Shown in pieces: positions 23,401 to 32,700 of a DNA stretch of 64,000 bases; the stretch's first letter is position 1; the number at the start of each line of letters is the position of its first letter. The notes under the pieces were generated by a model. The model saw only the letters and a list, made by a program, of their open reading frames with translations. It did not search any database and was not told the origin of the DNA. Origin of the DNA: Nemertoderma westbladi (Eukaryota > Animalia > Xenacoelomorpha). The DNA is taken from NCBI GenBank assembly GCA_032718475.1, contig JAUCBJ010005827.1:1-64000 (forward strand), given 5' to 3'. The position numbers and the translations under genes were made by a program.

Positions 23401-26017
23401 CCGTCCGAATGCGGCGGGTTCCACTCCAATGTGACCTAAAACACAAAATAAAACAATAAGTTTAATGGAAAGTTTCAGAAGATAAGAGTTTGCTTTAGTT
23501 CAATATAACAACAAAAAATATACGAACTTCGACAAAGCAACAAGTAATTAACTTATAAAACCGCAATTAAAAACAATTAATGAACCAATATAGGCCCCAG
23601 TGATGGCCAGTGGAGGGGCCAAGAAAACTCACGTGACGTTGCGCGGACTATAGTCTTACAGGAGGGGTATAGATGATGATGATGTGATTTAGATTTGATA
23701 CAATCAAGCCAACATTTCAAGTTTCATGTGAGTTTTAAGTTAAGATTAAGTCATTTTAAATTGTAATTAGGGATTATGGTTGCAAATTATTTCTGACACC
23801 TTATATGGGAACCAATTCCAGTGCGCCAAATGGAAGGCTTTTTGTAATTACTACCAGATCCATACTGTAGGCCTACAACCAGATCCATACTGTAGGCCTA
23901 CAACCAGATCCATACTGTAGGCCTACAACAACTAATTCCAGGATTTCGCAGGGATTAGAATATTGAAACTTACTGAATCCCGAGTGGAATCGATGCATTC
24001 TAGATCGCTAGGTGGCGCTGGGACATCGAATTGGTTTTTGGCTACTATCTTTGCGCCCTCTAGCGGTGCCGATGTGCCGTACTGATTCTCGGCTGAAACA
24101 CGGAATTGATATTCGTGACCTTCTAACAACTTCGGGACAGTGAAAGTTTTCCTGAGGGAGAAAAAAAAACGTTCCATAATTAAACGATCTGACATACAGT
24201 AATAAATGGTTTTTGAATAACTACAAAAATATTTGATATAAATTTTCTCTACTTATCCAACATTTGTATGGAAAACTTTTAGACTTCAAAGCAAATAAAA
24301 TTTTCTGAGCAAAAATTTGAAAGAAAAATACAAACAAAATTCTGAGAGAGTTGCAATTTCAGGGTTATAACCCTCAGTTTTCACTCAGTTCTGAACGCTA
24401 AAAACTGGAAGGTATACTTTTTGTTTTTTATAGAACAAAATGTTGAATTTCCATAGGCGCGCACCGTTCCGTTACCATAGCCACCCACTACTGCAATGCT
24501 AACGTTATTATTAAATAGTAAGTAACCTGGAACAAGTGCTAGTAACCGGCACCCAGTGGCCCTTCTTCACGTCCATTTTCTCCACTACGTAGGTGATATC
24601 TGGAGCGCCGCCATCATCGTCAGGGGCGTTCCAGCTGAGGGTGGCTGAGTCTTTGGATATATGGTCGTACCTCATTGGTCCTTCCGGGGGTGATGGTTTA
24701 TCTATATGAACAAATTATGTTATATTCAGAAAATTATACAATTTTGATATTATTTACTGTAAAATTAATTTAAGAATATTAAATAAATAAATATTAATAA
24801 GTAAAGATTTAAAGAGACTATAAAACAGACAAAAAGAGACAGATTAATTATTTCAATATATAATTCGTTATGATTTAGTCTAAATAATTAAACAACTATA
24901 AGTGAGCACTTACCCACCATAAGTGAGCACTTACCCACAGTATAAATGAGCACTTACCCACCATAAGTGAGCACTTACCCACCATAAGTGAGCACTTACC
25001 CACCATAAGTGAGCACTTACCCACAGTATAAGTGAGCACTTACCCACCATAAGTGAGCACGTACCCATCATAAGTGAGCACTTGCCCACCATAAGTGAGC
25101 ACTTACCCATCATAAGTGAGCACTTACTCACCATAAGTTAGCTCACTTAACCACAATAAGTAAGCACTTACCAACTACGGTAACGTTTGAAGTAGCCTCT
25201 GACGACCCCATCTGATTGGTTACAGTAAGCTTGTAAGGACCGCTATCAGAGCGCTTAGAGTGTTCTATAACCAATCGGGAGTTAGTATCGGATGACGTCA
25301 CTGTTACTCTGCTGTCAGCCCTAACCGACCGCCCATTAACCAGCCAATCAGCTGTGGGGGCGGGGCTGCCACGGAATGAGGCATCTACATCTATAGTTTG
25401 TCCAGCTCGTACAACCACATTCCTCAGTCTGGGATCCATAGTGATAGAGGGCAGACAGGGCGGCGCCCGGACAGTGAGTAAGTCTGTTGGCGCACTCGGG
25501 TCGCCCAGACCCTCTTCGTTCTCAGCCCGAACCCGGAACTCCAATTCTTCGCCCGGTTTCAAACCCTTCACTTCACAATGTGTCTCCGGAATCTTTATGA
25601 AAAAAATAATAAATTAAGTGTTACACTGTAAATGGATAAAAAGTTATAATTTTTTTACAGAATTATTAAGTATTAATTATTGACTTAAAGGATAAAAAAA
25701 ACAAATAAAACAAAGCGAAATATGAGTAATTAGTCTAACATTTCTTTAACCACTTAAACCCGATATTTTGAACTTTTTCTCGCCATACTGTATAGGTAAA
25801 AACCGCATTCATAATTTATTAAATTTCCATTTTATTCCCATTAATCCACTTACACTTCCCACGATGCAGGGTTCCCATTCCCCTTGGGGAGACTTCTTCT
25901 CCACTACGTAACCAGTTATCTTAGCTCCCCCGGTGTCTGTCGGTCTCTCCCAGCTCAAACTCACGGAGTTGTCTGTCACGCCATCTACCGTCGGTTTAGA
26001 TGGACTACCGGGCTTAA
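5245..26017 (-). CDS. Titin/twitchin-family Ig/FN3 muscle protein, partial (21 exons, about 1350 codons, both ends open)
   Basis: 21 exons with GT(GC)-AG ends and matching phases; FN3 motifs (PxPPxxP..LxWxPPxxDGGSxITGYxVEK..YxFRVxAEN) and I-set Ig motifs (GSPxPxxxW..DSGxYxL..N..G). Order: FN-Ig-FN-FN-Ig-FN-FN-FN-Ig-FN-FN-Ig-FN-FN(part). Confidence 0.93.
5828..5972 (-). CDS. Ig/FN3 gene exon (FN3 C-half)
   Basis: VSSFCTKC...[23 protein letters not shown]...KNEF; phase 0 to phase 1. Confidence 0.9.
6233..7198 (-). repeat. 36-bp tandem array (about 27 copies, 26 GTAAGT donors) of exon end plus 5' splice site
   Basis: Unit gtaagtaa-AGAGGCTAATAGAGATAGTTGGCACAAA reads in frame as [12 protein letters not shown]; donors at 7170, 7134 ... 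6270. Confidence 0.97.
7171..7325 (-). CDS. Ig/FN3 gene exon (FN3 N-half)
   Basis: [52 protein letters not shown]|gtaagt. Confidence 0.9.
9568..11256 (+). mobile_element. Non-autonomous Helitron-like element with subterminal inverted repeat
   Basis: 5' TC, 3' CTAG, inserted between A (9567) and T (11257) without TSD; hairpin GCATTTCC-ttta-GGAAATGC (11229-11248); 19-bp IR CCACGAAGCTAAGGAAAAT at 9569 and ending at 11226. Confidence 0.85.
9780..11130. repeat. About 454-bp tandem repeat x3, built from ~150-bp subunits
   Basis: ATGACTTGGGACCAA at 10016 and 10470, with a degenerate copy near 10925; one GTTNCCATGGNAAC-like motif about every 150 bp. Confidence 0.9.
11862..13910. repeat. AT-rich foldback / inverted-repeat complex rich in TGTTCTAGAACA palindromes
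   Basis: 11862-11960 is inverted at about 12860-12945; about 12000-12290 is inverted at about 13580-13860; a direct copy of the left end occurs at 8148-8247. Confidence 0.7.
13050..13244. mobile_element. PIF/Harbinger-type (Tourist-like) MITE, 195 bp
   Basis: Perfect TIR GGCCGCGTTCACACTACCGAGTCAAAGTCAAAGTCAAA, TAA TSD on both sides. Confidence 0.88.
13909..14310 (-). repeat. 44-bp tandem array (about 9 copies) of rearranged exon end plus 5' splice site
   Basis: Unit gttagttact-AACGAGTACGGAACGGGTAGCGT-TACAGTAACAG versus exon ...AACGAGTTTGGAACGGATGGCGT...TACAGTGACAG|gttagt. Confidence 0.93.
14292..14579 (-). CDS. Ig/FN3 gene exon (I-set Ig)
   Basis: [19 protein letters not shown]...[12 protein letters not shown]...[17 protein letters not shown]...VTVT. 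Confidence 0.92.
14729..14889 (-). CDS. Ig/FN3 gene exon (FN3 C-half)
   Basis: [41 protein letters not shown]; phase 2 to phase 1. Confidence 0.9.
15436..15577 (-). CDS. Ig/FN3 gene exon (FN3 N-half), GC donor
   Basis: [47 protein letters not shown]; CCAAG|gcaagt is needed for phase 2. Confidence 0.85.
15790..15904 (-). CDS. Ig/FN3 gene exon (FN3 C-half)
   Basis: [38 protein letters not shown]. Confidence 0.9.
16007..16197 (-). CDS. Ig/FN3 gene exon (FN3 N-half)
   Basis: [43 protein letters not shown]...[14 protein letters not shown]|gtaggt. Confidence 0.9.
16302..16880. repeat. 63-bp intronic minisatellite, about 9 copies
   Basis: AAGGAATGCCTGTTCACCACCATGGGTGATCTTCCACAGTAAAC... at 16302, 16365 and onward. 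Confidence 0.93.
17133..17389 (-). CDS. Ig/FN3 gene exon (I-set Ig)
   Basis: [31 protein letters not shown]...[26 protein letters not shown]. Confidence 0.9.
17704..17853 (-). CDS. Ig/FN3 gene exon (FN3 C-half)
   Basis: [28 protein letters not shown]...RPSLDMQPR. Confidence 0.9.
18050..18230 (-). CDS. Ig/FN3 gene exon (FN3 N-half)
   Basis: [60 protein letters not shown]. Confidence 0.9.
18330..18489 (-). repeat. 31-bp repeat x5 rich in GTGAG, starting about 12 nt downstream of a splice donor
   Basis: Plus-strand unit CTCACAAGGCTCACTG(T/A)TAACAGGCTCACAA. Confidence 0.85.
18501..18629 (-). CDS. Ig/FN3 gene exon (FN3 C-half)
   Basis: [42 protein letters not shown]. Confidence 0.9.
18803..18976 (-). 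CDS. Ig/FN3 gene exon (FN3 N-half); duplicated in-frame donor 33 nt downstream (alternative end 18770)
   Basis: [57 protein letters not shown]|gttgg, followed by a second [10 protein letters not shown]|gttgg. Confidence 0.9.
19020..19670. repeat. Degenerate AGATATATCTTTCTTAG-type low-complexity minisatellite filling an intron
   Basis: Dozens of imperfect TTCTTAGAGATATATCT / TAGACATATCTTT units. Confidence 0.8.
19738..19862 (-). CDS. Ig/FN3 gene exon (FN3 C-half)
   Basis: [41 protein letters not shown]. Confidence 0.9.
20232..20409 (-). CDS. Ig/FN3 gene exon (FN3 N-half)
   Basis: [43 protein letters not shown]...[10 protein letters not shown]. Confidence 0.9.
20613..21239 (-). repeat. 46-bp tandem array (about 14 copies) of exon end plus 5' splice site, separated from its exon by a solo LTR
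   Basis: Unit gtaagtcgggg-CACGGAGGAGGCTGACTGCGGGGTATCGGTGTTGG versus exon ...CACGGCGGAGGCTGACTGCAGGGTATCGGTGTTGG|gtaagtcggg; first partial copy at 22411-22441. Confidence 0.95.
21240..22410. mobile_element. Probable solo LTR (1171 bp)
   Basis: TGT...ACA termini, 5-bp TSD CCGCA (21235-21239 and 22411-22415), no coding capacity; removal restores one 46-bp repeat unit. Confidence 0.85.
22442..22726 (-). CDS. Ig/FN3 gene exon (I-set Ig)
   Basis: [40 protein letters not shown]...[26 protein letters not shown]. Confidence 0.92.
23186..23435 (-). CDS. Ig/FN3 gene exon (FN3)
   Basis: [25 protein letters not shown]...[22 protein letters not shown]. Confidence 0.92.
23974..24151 (-). CDS. Ig/FN3 gene exon (FN3 C-half and start of next FN3)
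   Basis: [32 protein letters not shown]...[18 protein letters not shown]|gtaagt. Confidence 0.9.
24527..24701 (-). CDS. Ig/FN3 gene exon (FN3 N-half)
   Basis: [58 protein letters not shown]. Confidence 0.88.
24897..25175 (-). repeat. 21-bp tandem array (about 13 copies) containing the 5' splice site
   Basis: Unit GGTGG|GTAAGTGCTCACTTAT begins at the donor GTTG|gtaagtgcttacttat. Confidence 0.9.
25172..25592 (-). CDS. Ig/FN3 gene exon (FN3 C-half plus Ig)
   Basis: [33 protein letters not shown]...[13 protein letters not shown]...[16 protein letters not shown]. Confidence 0.92.
25854..26017 (-). CDS. Ig/FN3 gene exon (FN3 N-half; most 5' exon found, begins in phase 1)
   Basis: [54 protein letters not shown]|gtaagt. 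Confidence 0.9.
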
Positions 26018-27013
26018 CTGAAAATGAAATAAAATTTTATCAATTATTGTTGAAGTAAAATCTAAGCCTTATTTATATTCACTATATCTAATATATGTTA
26101 TTTAGCACTCATTCGCGGTGAGCTATCGCCGCCTACTTTTCAAACCCTTTATTATTAGTAACCATTAATAAATCAAAATCAAGTACTATTATATTATGCA
26201 ACCACAAGCAACCATAACAGTTGTTGATCGGAAGTTAAATGTTAGATGTTATATAAGGCGCTAAATTTTATATGTGTTAAACTAATTATTTTTTCGACCA
26301 ATCAGAATTCAAAAGATAATAATATGTTTATAGACAAAATTCCTTCCTCGAGTGTTTAAGAGATATTATATTTTTAAATTAAATATAGATTTATTTTCCT
26401 TATAAATATTTCAATTCAACAATACTATCTATATCTGTCCCCAAGAACTTATTGTCACATATTATAACATAACCATATTCAATATGACATACATAATGTA
26501 CGATCGAACTACTTAAAATGAAGTGGCTTCCCACGAATTAATTGAATCGAATAAGTTAATAAGTATAAGTGAAAGTCCTGCTGTGTCGGAAGGCACAGGA
26601 TATGTATCTCTATTAAATGCTATAGGAAATCAATTTATAACATAAACATGTTATTGAATCTGTTCGACAAATTTAACATAGAGTATAAGGCTTCATCCGG
26701 TTGACCTGCCCGAATTTGAAAAACCCTCTAGAATCAGAGAACAAATATGGAGGGAAATTTAAAAAACTAACAACTTCCGCATTATTATCCAATTAGGAAA
26801 CTATTAAGCAATAAAAATACACAAGTCACGTCATTCCAGCTGGCTTCGGTACAACCTACAACCTACAACCTTCAACACAATATATTTTTGATTAGTTTTT
26901 TGTTCACTTTTAAACAGGATATACAGGCAATAAAACAGTAATTAATCAATCAATTTCATTTTTCATCAATAAATTCTTCGTGATTGACTTTGAATATTAT
27001 TATAATTGTAATT

Positions 27014-28131
27014 ATGGATACGAAGAATGATGAATTGGAGATCAAACTGAAAGATCTTCCTCCAGTTATACGTGCGTTGCTGACGGACGCCCGGAGATGT
27101 GCCTGGCCATTTCTTCCAAATATTTACGAGGGATACGAGAGAAGAGGTCCCATAGAAGTAAAGAAACAGTTTGACCTGAAGGTAGGTTGCTGGACTGGCT
27201 CTCGGTTTGAGTTGTTTGGATGCGGTACCCCGATCTCTAACCTAAAACATCTGAATTCGGACGGAATATATAATCCCAAACTGGTCTATTTTGGATCAAA
27301 ATCCCGAATGTAACAAATGGATTGAGATCCAAGATACGTTTCTTACTTTTCATGTTTAGTCACCATAAACTGACATATTTAAATTAAGAAAACAGTATGC
27401 TTAAATCCCGAAGAAAATTGGGTCCCGATAGTACGAATCCCGAACTCGGATATCCCAAAAAGTCTAATCTGATCCTTTTTAAACTCTAATCCAAACCAAA
27501 TGTTGGAAATAAGACCCCAGAAGAAATAAATGATCACTGGGGTTAATACCCCGCGGGATCGCTGCAATTTAGAATTATTTATTCGCAATTTTCAGGATCT
27601 CCTTTCGACGCCGAACTCAATAAACCCTGGAAAAACTCAAATCGACATCCTCCAGGAATCATTGTTCCTCGCGATGCGGAGCAAATCGTACGACCAAACC
27701 GCCGCCATACTCTTCGTGATAGATCGGTACGCGTACTGGAAGGGGGCGAGTGACGAATTACTAAAAGTCGCGCAGCGCATACAGAAACACTCCCCTAACA
27801 CTCCGATCGCACCGCAGATAGTCATCCGCAGGGCGAGAGTGCTCGTCAGTAAGGGGTCGTTGCAGTCGGCGGAACGGATTCTAGTCGCTTTAATATCCTC
27901 CGGCATGGGGTTGACTCTGTGGCAGTACCAGACCGAGTCGGATTACCGTCTCGTTAAGGCGGTCTGCATACAGATACGAGGTCAGATCCGACTGAAACTC
28001 AGTTTGTGGAGAGAAGCGGCTGAGTTTATTCTTGATTCCATCGTAATGTACCGACAACTGGCACTCATCGATAGGAAGGGGATATCCGCCTCTTTGGGAC
28101 TGCTTGTCGATATTTACACTAACATATCAAA
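27014..28131 (+). CDS. ALPK1: Alpha-protein kinase 1-like, N-terminal ADP-heptose-binding domain; exons 27014-27181 and 27596-28131, 3' exons not found
   Basis: Matches the human ALPK1 N-domain as recalled: LPPVIRALL..WPFLP, LK|DLL, AAILFVIDR, TPIAPQIVIRRAR, VCIQIRGQI..KL.LW.EAAE, DRKGISASLG; GT-AG intron in phase 0; exon 2 ends AA|gtaagt. Confidence 0.88.
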
Positions 28132-28139
28132 GTAAGTTC

Positions 28140-29905
28140 GAAAAACAAGGGAACCATGGGAACAATGAGGGAAATAGAGGACAAGGGAGCAGAGGAGCAA
28201 CTCAAGAGGCTGCTACGGCAGAACTTTAAGGGGCTGAAGGAGGCCGGGGTGGGAACATCGGTGGAGGACAAGCAGGCGCAGGAGAGCATCAGGAACTCAA
28301 TGAAATGCGAGGGGTGGCGATATACCATAGGGATGGTATGGAAGCAGCTGAAGGTGCCCCTATCAGACAATAAAAGGATGGTCTTGACGAGGCTTCGAAA
28401 ATTAAAGCAAACGCTTAGACGGAGCCCTGAAAAGAATGAATACATCCACAAAACCATCAAGAAGTACGTGGATCGAGGATGGGCCGTGGAACTACCGGTG
28501 GATGAACCAAATACTGATAGGACCTACTATTTTCCACTTCATGTGGCTCTGGACCCTAAGAAGGGCGAGTTAAGGATGGTGGTCGACGCATCTGACAAGA
28601 CAAACGGCAAGAGTTTAAATGACTACTTACTGGAAGGCCCCAATATTTACAACTCAGGGATAGAGGTCCTGTTGAGGTTTAGAAGTGGAAAACACGCCTT
28701 CACGTGTGATATAGAGGGCATATTTAACCAAGTACGAGTGAAGGAGGAGGATAGCGATAGTCAGCGCTTCCTGTGGTATAACGGCGACGAATAACCGTCA
28801 GAGATACCGATGTACAAGATGGTAGTGCAGAATATGGGGGCCAAGTCGTCCTCATTTACCACGACTACGGTTGTAAGAGATACAATGGAGGGCAGAGAGG
28901 GGGAATACAGTAAGAAGCGATCGATATGATTCGACGCGGATTCTATGTGGACGATGGGATGGGTTCTGGAAACTCAGTTGAAGAGATACTCGATGTAGGG
29001 CGCAAAGTTCGCGACATCCTGAAGGGATTAGAATTCAACCTTACAAAATTCCAGTCCAACTGTAGAGAATTTATGGAGGCCATAGAAGATAAACAACCGG
29101 AGGTGAAGATAGATAAACCTACGATGGTAAAGGAGCAGATTATGGCAGACAAAAGGATAGAATCGTAGCAGAAGGTACTAGGGATCATATGGAACCGGGA
29201 GACAGATGAGTTGGAGTATCAACTAAGTCAGGAGGGTGCCATGATCAATACTAAACGAGGCTATGTGTCATACATAGCGAGGATTTACGATCCGCTCCTG
29301 TCGATTTACGTCCCCATTGTTAGTCATGGGGAAACAAATATTGAAGATGACCGGGACGCGGAGGTCCCAGTGGAGATAAGCAAGCAATAGGAGAAATGGA
29401 CAGGGAGCCTCGAAGTAATGGGGACATATAGTATGCCACGAGTATACTTCCCGGATGGGGACATAACCGATTTAGAACTGCATATGTTTTTAGATGCATC
29501 CCTGGAAGCATATGGTGCGGCACTTTATTTGATACAGCGGAAGGGGACTCATAAGCCCAGGCTTGCGTTTAGTAAAGCGAGGTCGACGCCACCAGATTCA
29601 GCATCAGTGCCGAAACTCGAGCTAACGGCTGCGAGATTAGGAGTAAGAGCGACACCATACTTGTTGGATACGATACCAAGTATAGTAGAGACGCACTACT
29701 GGACAGATTCCATGGTAGTGTTGGGCTGGTTGTATAACAAGAAGACGCGTTTCCCCATATTTGTGGGAGGAACAGTGGAGGAACTATACTAAGACAACGG
29801 GACTAACTTCGTGGGCACGGAAAACGGGTTAGCGGAGGCCCTTGACATTCTGGAGGACGAAGATGTCAAGGCAGCGATGAGGAAACACCTAATCAGGTGG
29901 GAGAT
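28140..29905 (+). mobile_element. Degenerate Bel/Pao pol fragment (RT, RNase H, integrase remnant)
   Basis: LRMVVDAS, SLNDYLLEGPN, LLRFR, DIEGIFNQV, QRFLW, FYVDD, HMFLDAS..AYGA, PKLELTAA, YWTDS, DNGTNFVG; stops and frameshifts. Confidence 0.9.
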
Positions 29906-31379
29906 GTACGCATACCATAGTAGAAGGTAGGAAGCTAGGTAGGAAGCTACTACAAGAGTAAGAAATTGTAGCTAGTCTTCTCTGTAGACAAGTAGTGATG
30001 AATTACTTACATGGTAATTGAGTAGTAGTTAGCACGTCAGTTGAGGTTGGGGAGTTAACACAGCACTGAAGAATCAGGGGTTAGTTGTACTTTGGCGTCT
30101 GTAGTCCGCTAGTAGTTGTACTTCGGCGTCTGTAGTCCTCTAGTACTTGTACTTCGGCGTCTGTAGTCCGCTAGTAGTTGTACTTTCAAATTGTAGTTCA
30201 GCCTAACAACCTCCTGACGAGTGAATAACCTGAACATAAACTTGTAAATTCGTATAGTTGATCAGTAGGAATAGTCATTTAACCATAGTTAAATGGATTT
30301 TCCGCAATGGAGATTGTGTATCTTGATATTGCTGCTGCTGGTGACTCATTAATCCTGTTTAGCTACCTACTGTACCTATACACACAGTATAGACATTTGG
30401 TTCAGGGTAATGCATACTTACTGTATGGGAGGCATACATTTTACAAACCTTTACCTATTAAGAAAGTGCTTGTGATTGGCCCATTCTAAACCAGGCAGTC
30501 AACATTACCGTCTTTGTTTATATTATAATGTATGGGTTTGGCCAAGGCAGGAAAAATTATTACAATAATACACATCCAGCCTTTGGCTGGAATTCCGGAG
30601 TTATTATATATATGTTATATTGATTTTCTGTAAAAGTTAAATTTTTACTGCGATTTTTTCGATGTTGTCAAGTGAAAGTTGTCTTGCAACGCATGGATAG
30701 CAATTGCAATTTACCATTAGGGTCAATAATAATAAAACATAATGGTGCTATTTTTTCTTTAGAAATTAATGAGAAAAACGAATTTAAAGAATAGGAACTT
30801 ACTAATGAAGCACTAATTGGCGAGATTTGCCAGAAAGCCCCCCTTTCTAACGAAACAGCTGTCTGTATTGGAGAATTAAATTATTTAGTCCACGAAAGGG
30901 AAGAATCGTTGGTTTTAATCCCAAGTATGATTCGCTCCCCAGACAGATCACCTACAGTATCAGAGGTGGGGGTAAATGTACAAGGTACAAACAAAAATCA
31001 ACTACCAAGTGAAACAAATTGGTTTCAGATAGCCAAGGAGATTATTAAACAAGTCACTGGGGGCCCAGTCAGAGTGCAGGGACATTGAATGGAAAGTTAG
31101 ATTCCCAAGTTACGAGGAGGAGTTCTCTGATGTTTCCACTAAGATGATTCCGGAAGACGTCACTGCTGATAGACCGCTGCCCAAAGCAATTATTAAAAAG
31201 CTCCGATCCCGAAAGAAGTTCATAGAGCTTTCAGATGTGGCGACATATGAGGATACATGTGGTAGTAATGGGTCATACAACGGCAATGGCAGCTATAAAT
31301 CAGCTGGAAAGATAAAGTCACTACTAGGATCGGCATGCTGCATTGCAGCTGCATTTTTAAGAATGCTGTGCCGGTTTGT

Positions 31380-31600
31380 CAACAAAATTGCACCGCCACA
31401 ACTCCCTATCACCCATGACATTTGCTAGATCATCCGCATCTTTAAGGCCAGTGTCCTTTAAGATGCGTCTCAAGAAAGTCATGGGCTGTCCACCATGCTT
31501 ATTCACTCCATGAGGCTGCCAAAGTACAAGATTATGCACTGGCTGGTCCTCACGGCGAAAGCAATGTCCTGCAAAGCGGAGGCGGAGAAGATAAAGTCAA
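31380..31600 (-). mobile_element. RTE-clade LINE 3' fragment
   Basis: GHCFRR..PVHNLVLWQPHG...GGQPMTF..ILKDTGL..MGDRELWR. Confidence 0.7.
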
Positions 31601-32423
31601 CCGGTGGTTTGTTGTCAGCCCTGTTAACGTTATCATGTTATGCTCTTTCCAGAGGATGCACTGGGTATATTGGGTTACTACTCATCGCTATTAGAAATGG
31701 CTCCACACTACTCATTTGAGTTCCTTCAGCGTGTTGACAGGGATCATAGATTAAGAGTTGAGTCAGGATCTTCATGGAACCGTGAAATTAGAGACAGAAA
31801 GGCCGTTGATGAAGATATTCTGCCTTCGTGTCGGCACTGCGAGCATTCTCACTTGGGGCACTGTGGCTGGCCACGAGAAAAGGGACCTTATGTCACCGGA
31901 GGTCGATTTTGAGTTATTAGGCCTATCAGATGCAGAATTTTCCAGAGATTTTAACAAAAAAAACTGTGTCTCAATATCTATTTCCAAAAAAAAGTTATAG
32001 CGATTTATGTGAAGGTGAATCGGGTAGCTCTTTTCAAAATAATTTTTTTATAAAAAAAATGGAAAATATTAATAATATCATAGCAATTCTTACTATATAG
32101 CAAGGCAGCTCAATGTTATTCGGCTTTTTATACATCTTTTAACACTTTGAAACTATTAATATTGTTAATGAACTCTTTAAAAAAAAAAATTTCAAAATTT
32201 TCAAAAAAACATTTATCCAAAAAATTTTTTTTTTTTAATTTAAAATTTTTTCCAAAAAAGATAATTTTTTTTCAAAAAATTTTTTTTTTACAAAATTTAA
32301 AATTATTCGTATTTTTAATTCTTTATTGGGAATGTTGTAGATGTTTGTCCACCTTGTCCCACCCATATCGTAGAAGATGTCTAGAAAATTTCAAAACAAA
32401 CGGACAGGAATTAACAAAATGAC

Positions 32424-32700
32424 AGATGTAAGACCTACGGAGTAGGCCTTCAATAATGTTTACTAGATGTAAGATCTAGACAGAGTAGGCTTTCAATGTT
32501 TACTATATGTAAGACCTACGAAGTAGGCTTTCAATAATGTTTACTCGATGTAAGACCTACGGTGTAGGCTTTCAATAATGTTTAATAGATGTAAGACCTA
32601 CGGAGTAGGCTTTCAATAATGTTTAATAGATGTAAGACCTACGGAGTATGCTATCAATAGTGCTTACTACTTGATCTAAGATCTACGCAGTCAGGTTTCA
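32424..32700. repeat. About 40-bp tandem repeat, 6-7 copies
   Basis: AGATGTAAGACCTACGGAGTAGGCTTTCAATAATGTTTA units. Confidence 0.85.

Noticed and set aside
23853-23930. 26-bp x3 repeat near the donor at 23973
   Set aside because: Starts about 45 nt into the intron and contains neither exon sequence nor the donor.
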